Positions 41,415 to 47,232 of a stretch of DNA of 47,232 bases are shown here, in pieces. The stretch is from an uncultured Acidobacteriota bacterium (lineage in GTDB: Bacteria; Acidobacteriota; UBA6911), in assembly GCA_963809485.1 (NCBI GenBank), contig CAWEJX010000013.1, positions 1 to 47,232 of the forward strand, written 5' to 3'. The notes under the pieces are model-generated. The model had not been told where the DNA came from. It made no database searches and saw only the letters and a program-made list of their open reading frames with translations. Position numbers and translations under genes: made by a program. Every line of letters starts with the position of its first letter. Position 1 is the first letter of the stretch.

Positions 41415-42113
41415 ATGAACGAGAGCGCGGATGCACGTTTCGCCCGGATCAAGTCGCACTTCGAGCAGGAGGCGCGGGTCTTCGACAAGATGTTCTTCAA
41501 GGTGATGCCCTATTACGACGAGATGATGCAGGCCGTGGTCGAGGCAATGCCGTTCGGCCGCAACGACCGCCTGAAGATTGCCGACCTGGGGTGCGGGACT
41601 GGAAACTTGAGTCTCAAGGTACTCGAGGCTTTTCCTCGGGCGCAGTTGGTCTGCGTGGACATGGCCGAAAAGATGCTCCTTGCCAGCCGCGCCAAGCTCG
41701 CCGGCTATCCGTCGGTGCAATTCCGGCAGGCCGACATCCGCACCTTCGACTACGGAACCTACGACGCTATCGTCTCGTCCATGGTCATGCATCACATCGC
41801 TCTGCGGCAAAAGCTCGCCTTTTACCGCCGGCTGCGGCGGGCGCTTTCCCGCAAAGGCGTGCTCTTCATTATCGATATCGTGCTTTCGGCCAATCCGCAT
41901 CTGCAGGAGCTGTTCATGCAGCGCTGGAAAGATCACATGGGGGCAAGCGGCATGTCTGCCAAATGGGTCGAGGAGATGATACGGCGTCACCGAAGCGAAG
42001 ACCGGCCCCGGGATTTTGAGGCCGAGTTTGATGGCCTGCGCAAGGCCGGATTCAAGGACGTGGATGTCGTCCTGAAACGGTACAATTTCGCGGTCTACGG
42101 GGGCAGGGTGTAA
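41415..42113 (+). CDS. Class I SAM-dependent methyltransferase
   Basis: IADLGCGTG motif I, VDMAEKML, YDAIVSSMVMHH. Confidence 0.9.
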   Translation: MNESADARFARIKSHFEQEARVFDKMFFKVMPYYDEMMQAVVEAMPFGRNDRLKIADLGCGTGNLSLKVLEAFPRAQLVCVDMAEKMLLASRAKLAGYPSVQFRQADIRTFDYGTYDAIVSSMVMHHIALRQKLAFYRRLRRALSRKGVLFIIDIVLSANPHLQELFMQRWKDHMGASGMSAKWVEEMIRRHRSEDRPRDFEAEFDGLRKAGFKDVDVVLKRYNFAVYGGRV

Positions 42114-42194
42114 GCCTCGATCCGATATCCGGGCCAATGAGGGCAGCCCGTAATCCGCCAACATATGCCTGCAAAAACCGGCTTTCACATTGTG

Positions 42195-42265
42195 GTCAGC
42201 CTTTGTCAGCGTTGAATAATCCCGGAACGGTCGAGCTCTGGTTATCCCGCAGCGAGACTGGAGAA
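42195..42265 (+). repeat. Degenerate TCAGCG repeat family copy
   Basis: TCAGCC at 42196, TCAGCG at 42206, tail ATCCCGGAACGGTCGAGCTCT similar to the 9470 copy. Confidence 0.5.
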
Positions 42266-42502
42266 TTGGCTTTAAATCCATTCAATCCTTACCTCAAAAT
42301 TCCGGTATTGCTTGAGGGCTCCTGGTGTAACATCGAGCTTGCGAACAACTGCTGAAGACAGCCGGTTTTCAGATATTTCTATGTTGCCTGCAGGCAATAC
42401 AGAAGAAAGACGAAGCTCGAACTGCTGCAACTCGATATTGGATATACGGATAACTGCTGTCAGGCCCCCGGGACAGGGAGAAATGGGATAAAATCCACAG
42501 CC

Positions 42503-42898
42503 ATGCAAACCAAAGATCATGTACTGGAATTCCGCGTTTACTTGGAAGATACGGATGCGCAAGGCATCGTTTATTACGCCAACTATCTTCGCTATTTTGA
42601 ACGCGGCCGATGCGAGTTCCTCGAATCGTTGGGCGTCCCGATAACGGAAGTTGCGAGACCGGATCGCCGGCTGGTGGTATACGAGATCCGCGTCAAATTC
42701 CGGCGCCCCGCCTCCCTGGGGGACAGAATCGAGGTGCTGACCTCAATGCTGCGCTCATCGGAATACCGTCTCACTTTTCGACAGCAAATAAGGCGCCGAG
42801 GAGAGGCGGAGGCACTGGTGAGCGGCGAAGTGGATGTCGTCGCGATCGACCGGGACGGCACATTGAAGGAATTGCCTGAATTCCTAAGTCAGGCGTAA
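42503..42898 (+). CDS. YbgC/FadM-family acyl-CoA thioesterase
   Basis: RVYLEDTDAQGIVYYANYLRYFERGR hot-dog fold signature. Confidence 0.9.
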   Translation: MQTKDHVLEFRVYLEDTDAQGIVYYANYLRYFERGRCEFLESLGVPITEVARPDRRLVVYEIRVKFRRPASLGDRIEVLTSMLRSSEYRLTFRQQIRRRGEAEALVSGEVDVVAIDRDGTLKELPEFLSQA

Positions 42899-43060
42899 AG
42901 GTTGACGCAAAGGCGCGGCCCGGGTGAAAAGAGGGAGAGACGATAGTATTTGCCTTTCACTGGTACCGCGGGCAATGATAGGATTCATTGATAAAAGTTT
43001 ACGCCGCAAAATTTCACAAGCTGGAGAGGCTGGCTTCCGGGGTTCGAAAACCGGAATAGG

Positions 43061-43810
43061 GTGCCCATGATAACTCCTGCAAAAAACGATTGGAGCATCC
43101 TGGCAAAACTAGAGCTCGACAACCCGCCCGTAGGCGTAAAATATTCGTCCAAGCCTCTGCGGGGGATTCCTAAGCTGGATAAAAAGATGTCTCTCTGTGA
43201 GATGCTCAGAGCCGCTTTCGAAGGAAACTCATTCTACGCCGCTGCGAAGTATCATGCTTGTGAGGCTGGATTGCACGTATTAGGACAAAATGAGATTGCG
43301 GAACAATATCTCAGTGGCGCCTTTGGTGCAGGATTGGAGGTTTTCCGTGACAAGCGCACTGCCCGCAAACTGTATGAATACATCCCCAGGATACCGGAAG
43401 GAGCGGTGAAATATGTCGCCCTGGCTCCTCTCAGCCGAATGGCGTTTGATCCCGACCTCCTGATTATATTGGCCGATACAAGGCAAGCCGAGATATTGCT
43501 CCGGGCTGTGAGTTACGGAACCGGGGAGATGTGGCACAGCCGCTATTCGAGTGCCATCGGTTGCGCCTGGCTTTTCGCTTATCCGCACCTGAATGGAGAG
43601 ATAAACTTTATCGCCACCGGTCTAGGTTTCGGAATGAGGCGCAGGAAATTGTTTCCGGAGGGACTGCAACTCATTTCGATTCCTTGTGATCGGCTGTCCT
43701 ATATGCTGCAAACCCTGCGGGAAATGCCCTGGGTTCCTCGCCCATACCAGGCGGGAGGACCGGAGTATGTGAAGCGCCTGCGCATAAAACTTGGCTTGGA
43801 CAAGGCGTGA
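43061..43810 (+). CDS. DUF169 family protein
   Basis: PPVGVK, LCEML, HACEAG, FDPDLLII, SAIGC. Confidence 0.75.
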   Translation: MPMITPAKNDWSILAKLELDNPPVGVKYSSKPLRGIPKLDKKMSLCEMLRAAFEGNSFYAAAKYHACEAGLHVLGQNEIAEQYLSGAFGAGLEVFRDKRTARKLYEYIPRIPEGAVKYVALAPLSRMAFDPDLLIILADTRQAEILLRAVSYGTGEMWHSRYSSAIGCAWLFAYPHLNGEINFIATGLGFGMRRRKLFPEGLQLISIPCDRLSYMLQTLREMPWVPRPYQAGGPEYVKRLRIKLGLDKA

Positions 43811-43876
43811 TAGGAGGGCATTAGGCCTTTCATCCTTCCGGCCGTCCCGGCAGTGCTTAAATGGGAGAAACTTCCA

Positions 43877-44389
43877 ATGCTGATGCAATTGGATAAAACC
43901 CTTCTGCCAATGATAGAGGCATTCAACCAGAACCCTGATATTTGCCGATTCGTTTCATTGCTCTCGCCCACTTGACCCAAATGAATTGACCAGGGTGCCC
44001 GGGCGGTACAGAATGGAATCCTGAAACTCTTTCCCGACGCAACTCTGGACGTGCTGCTGATATGGATTCCCATGATGAGCAATGATAGCCATAAGGCTGC
44101 GCAAAAGGCAGTCGAAAAATTTAAGGACAAAAGAGTAAAGCACTTTTACGATCCACAACATCTGGCCGGCCGGGCGTTTGCTATCAGCCTCGGCCAAAGC
44201 GATAAGGTAGCTTGGGATATATATATGTTCTACCCGTGCGGGGCGCTATGGCGGGACCTGCCTCCATCGCCGAAGGCGTACATGCACCAGCTTCGCGATA
44301 GCTGGGCTGATCCGGGCTTTCTGTTCGAAAAAGAGCAGCTAACAGCAAAACTGAGCGAAACAATGAAATTGCTGTTCCCTAGCCTATAA
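43877..44389 (+). CDS. Thioredoxin-fold protein, predicted di-selenoprotein (UxxU)
   Basis: ATG 43877 (GGGAG RBS) gives ...FVSLLSPT-TGA(43973)-PK-TGA(43982)-IDQGARAVQ, in frame with ORF 44051-44389. Hairpin at 43995-44009. Confidence 0.75.
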
Positions 44390-44391
44390 GG

Positions 44392-44925
44392 GTGAATGTG
44401 GCATACAAAGAATCCATAGGGCCGATATTCCTGATGGCAGCGCTGGCCATGTTCCTGGCTGTCGCCTGTAGCCGCCGTCCTGACGTCAGTCCTGATGCTG
44501 AAAAAACAGAAACGATTCCCCAAAACCTGCCAAAGGAGAAGGAACCACAGCCCGTTTCCTTGCCCGCCAAGCGAACAGAAACCGTAGGACACAAAGTTAA
44601 ATCCGCACAAAATTCAGCGACCGATGCTTCAGCTGATAAAACACCGACGGACCCTGCGAATAACAAAATTGACTGGGGTCGCGAAGCTGCGCTCGACGAG
44701 ATCCTCGCAATGGCAAAGAGCGGCGCGATTCAACAGATTGAGTGGCATGTGATGCCGAACATCATCCGCGCCCAAACTATCGACGGCCGGATTTTCCACA
44801 TAAAGAATGAGAACAAAGGGATCGATATACGCAACACGCTTATAAAATCCGGCATTCAGGTTGGAAAGGGCGGGATCAGCTTTCGAACATTGATCTCTGA
44901 ACCTGAGACTGGCCCCGAGGGATAG
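44392..44925 (+). CDS. Hypothetical lipoprotein
   Basis: LAVAC lipobox, low-complexity linker, small C-terminal domain. Starts 2 nt after the UxxU gene. Confidence 0.65.
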   Translation: MNVAYKESIGPIFLMAALAMFLAVACSRRPDVSPDAEKTETIPQNLPKEKEPQPVSLPAKRTETVGHKVKSAQNSATDASADKTPTDPANNKIDWGREAALDEILAMAKSGAIQQIEWHVMPNIIRAQTIDGRIFHIKNENKGIDIRNTLIKSGIQVGKGGISFRTLISEPETGPEG

Positions 44926-44983
44926 TCCTGGTCCAGGACGGAAGAGCTGGAAAGCCGACGGATAAGGCGATTGGACAAATGCC

Positions 44984-45546
44984 ATGGTGACATTCTGGGT
45001 GGATGCACTATCGATATTGTTTGCTCTCGTTGCTGTAGGCTTTGCCGTCAGGAAATGGCACATCGTAAGGGATCGTCATTGGATCCTGTCAACGATAAGG
45101 GCTGCCTTGAAGGAACCAAAAGCTTGCTGCATCGGAACCCTGGCAGGCGTTTTTTATATGGCCGTATACCTGATTCCCGGCGGGAAAGGCGGCCGAATTC
45201 ATGTGTTGTTCGGGCAGCTGATATTCAACACTTCGGCGGGCAACTGTTGACCGGCCTTTCACTGGCCCTCCTGGTGACGATTTCGATGGCCTTGTTTGTT
45301 TACGGCGTGCACGTTATGGGCTTCCCAAAATCGGGGAAAAAGGGCGGGATGGGGCTTATCGGCACTTTCCTGGCGGTGTTGGCCGCTTTTTGCCCCTGAT
45401 GACTGCCAATTTTAACGGCTCTGGGCGGAGCCGCGAGCGCTTTGTTTCTGACCTATTTTTGGAATGCATTGGCTGCACTCTCCGTAGCCTTGTTGATTCT
45501 GGGCATTTTGTACACATCCAAAGCTCTAAAGGCCAGTGAAGGCTGA
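44984..45546 (+). CDS. Membrane protein, predicted di-selenoprotein (CPUU), with one frameshift near 45240
   Basis: ORF 44984-45250 joins the frame ending LAAFCP. TGA TGA (45397-45402) is followed by LPILTALGGAASALFLTYFWNALAALSVALLILGILYTSKALKASEG* (hydrophobic helices). Hairpin at 45416-45433. Confidence 0.65.
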
Positions 45547-45644
45547 CGCTGACCTACCAATTCGCCCTAGTTTGGGGCGCATCGTCAAAAGAAACGGCAG
45601 CCTGTATGAAGGCTTCAACGAATTTCAAACAAGGGGAATTCAAT

Positions 45645-47232
45645 ATGAGAAGATCGGTCATGGGGCTTATAGCAGTTTTGATAATTTTGCCGATACTATT
45701 TTGGGCTGGCAAAATGGAGGCAGCTGCAGCTTCTCAATACACGTTAACCGTTTTAAATCCTCAAGGCCCGGTCAAAAAAGGCCGGGAACTGGCTCCCCGC
45801 CTGACAACATTGAACGGCAAGAAGGTCGCCATGTGGCTGTCCGCCACTCGCGATCAGGTATACGCCGGCAAAGGCGCGGAGCTATATGATCTCCTGGAGA
45901 AGATGCTCAAGGAAAAATTTGCGGACATCCAAATCGTGCCCTACAAGGACCTGCCTATGAAGTTTGGGCCGGAAAAGGAGGTGATGGCCGCAATCGAGAA
46001 AACCAAAGCCGATGCTGTTATAGCAGCCCTGGGCGGCTGATGAGGGGGTGACATTCTCGGCGCGATGGGTTCCATCGCTATTGCTCTCGAAGAAAAAGGC
46101 ATTCCCACCGTGACTCTATATAACGAGCGTCATGAGAAACGCTTTATGGGAACGATCCTTCCCAAAGGATATATCGATTATCCGGCAATGAATTTTGAGG
46201 AATACGACACGTTTACTTCGGAAGGCATTAAGGCGCTGGCGCCTGAGGCATTCAGTTTTGTGGTAAAAGGGCTTACCACATGGAAACCTCAGCATATGAA
46301 GCTGGCGGCAGACAAATGGATTCCCCAAAGAAAACGAGTTTTCCTACACCGCCGCGAGTTATCAAGAAGGCCAGGCCCGGTTCAACATCGATTTCCTCAA
46401 AATGGGCTGGGGTGATGGATTGCCGCTGCTGCCTCCGACGCGCAGCCGGGTCGATGCCCTGTTGAAAGGCACGCCGCTGTCTGCGTCAGAACCGTAATCG
46501 GCGCATGGGGGCCTGCCAATGCTGATTTCACAGTGGAAAAAATAGCCATTGTCGCGACCATGGCCGGCGCCGAACCGGAATACATGCCCGTAATTCTTGC
46601 GGCGTTAAAGGCCATCACCTCCGCCCGATGGGATGCCTATTTCCCCGTAATGCGAGCACCGGTTCCACTGGTGCTTGTCAACGGCCCCTATGCCCGGAAG
46701 ATAGGAATCAATTCGTCTGCAAATGCTTTTTGCCGAACCCCAAGTATCACGCCAACGGCGTGATCGGGCGGGCAATCAATTTGGCCATGGCCAGCATTCC
46801 GGGCAATGGCCGAGGCATAAAGCCTTCTAACCTGGCCGGCAATCCTGCCGCATATGCCGGAATTGTCATTGCGGAAGCGGAGGATATCGCCTCGCTGGGG
46901 TGGTTGGATCCGGTCAGCGTCCAATTGGGTTATCCCGCAGGGACCAATCTGGTTACCGTTCTCGGCATTGAAGAGATGGATATGAGCGTGGCGGGAACGA
47001 TCGCCAACCTCGTGTCTTGTATCAGCCCGCACAAGGAAATATCGGCCCAGGGACCGGAAAACCTGGGATGCCCAATATGCCGGCGCGCTCGTGATAACGG
47101 AGATGCAGCGCGTGACCGACGGCTTGATGGGAAGCAAGACCAAAGCCGATATTGCCCATGAGCTCTGGGAATCCGCTCGCATTCCGATGGATAAATTCAA
47201 TAAGCTCATCCTGACAAGTGAATTTGGGGAAC
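45645..47232 (+). CDS. Secreted UGSC-(seleno)protein-like domain fused to a GWGDGLP domain; predicted tandem Sec (GGUU); several frameshifts; runs off window
   Basis: Signal peptide, LAPRLTTLNGK, DAVIAALGG-TGA-TGA(46038-46043)-GGDILGAMGSIAIALEEKGIPTV in frame. Then, across shifts, GWGDGLPLLPPT, TVEKIAI..MAGAEPEY.PVILAA, VNGP, NGVIGRA. Confidence 0.65.

Noticed and set aside
1-47232. Genome-wide reassignment of TGA (genetic code 4 or 25)
   Set aside because: TGA ends ordinary genes at their expected C-termini (leuC overlapping the leuD start, the HTH ATGA overlap, DUF169 at 43810). Internal TGAs occur only at Cys-like motifs.

Overview
GC-rich bacterial chromosome window, probably from an anaerobe (lineage not determined). 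It carries housekeeping genes (leuC/leuD-type hydro-lyase, leuS, proS, a short purH-type formyltransferase, hypA/hypB), anaerobic redox enzymes (pyrogallol-transhydroxylase-type Mo enzyme, Old Yellow Enzyme, Fe-S proteins), an ABC efflux cassette and many accessory genes. Four signals stand out. (1) Four ORFs missed or split by the ORF track have in-frame TGA codons at redox-Cys positions, each followed by a SECIS-like hairpin. One is a DsbA-like UxxC protein. The other three are clustered at 43.9-47.2 kb and each has two TGAs (UxxU, CPUU, GGUU), suggesting a di-selenocysteine protein cluster. (2) An ECF sigma factor is fused to a PheRS-alpha-like catalytic domain. (3) A radical SAM protein has the tetraether-synthase (Tes/GDGT-MAS) motif layout. 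(4) A dispersed intergenic repeat family combines ~10-bp-period TCAGCG units with IS200/IS605-like hairpin ends. Many single-base frameshifts, often in homopolymers, suggest assembly indel errors, so split genes should not be assumed to be pseudogenes. All family calls come from motif recognition, not database searches.
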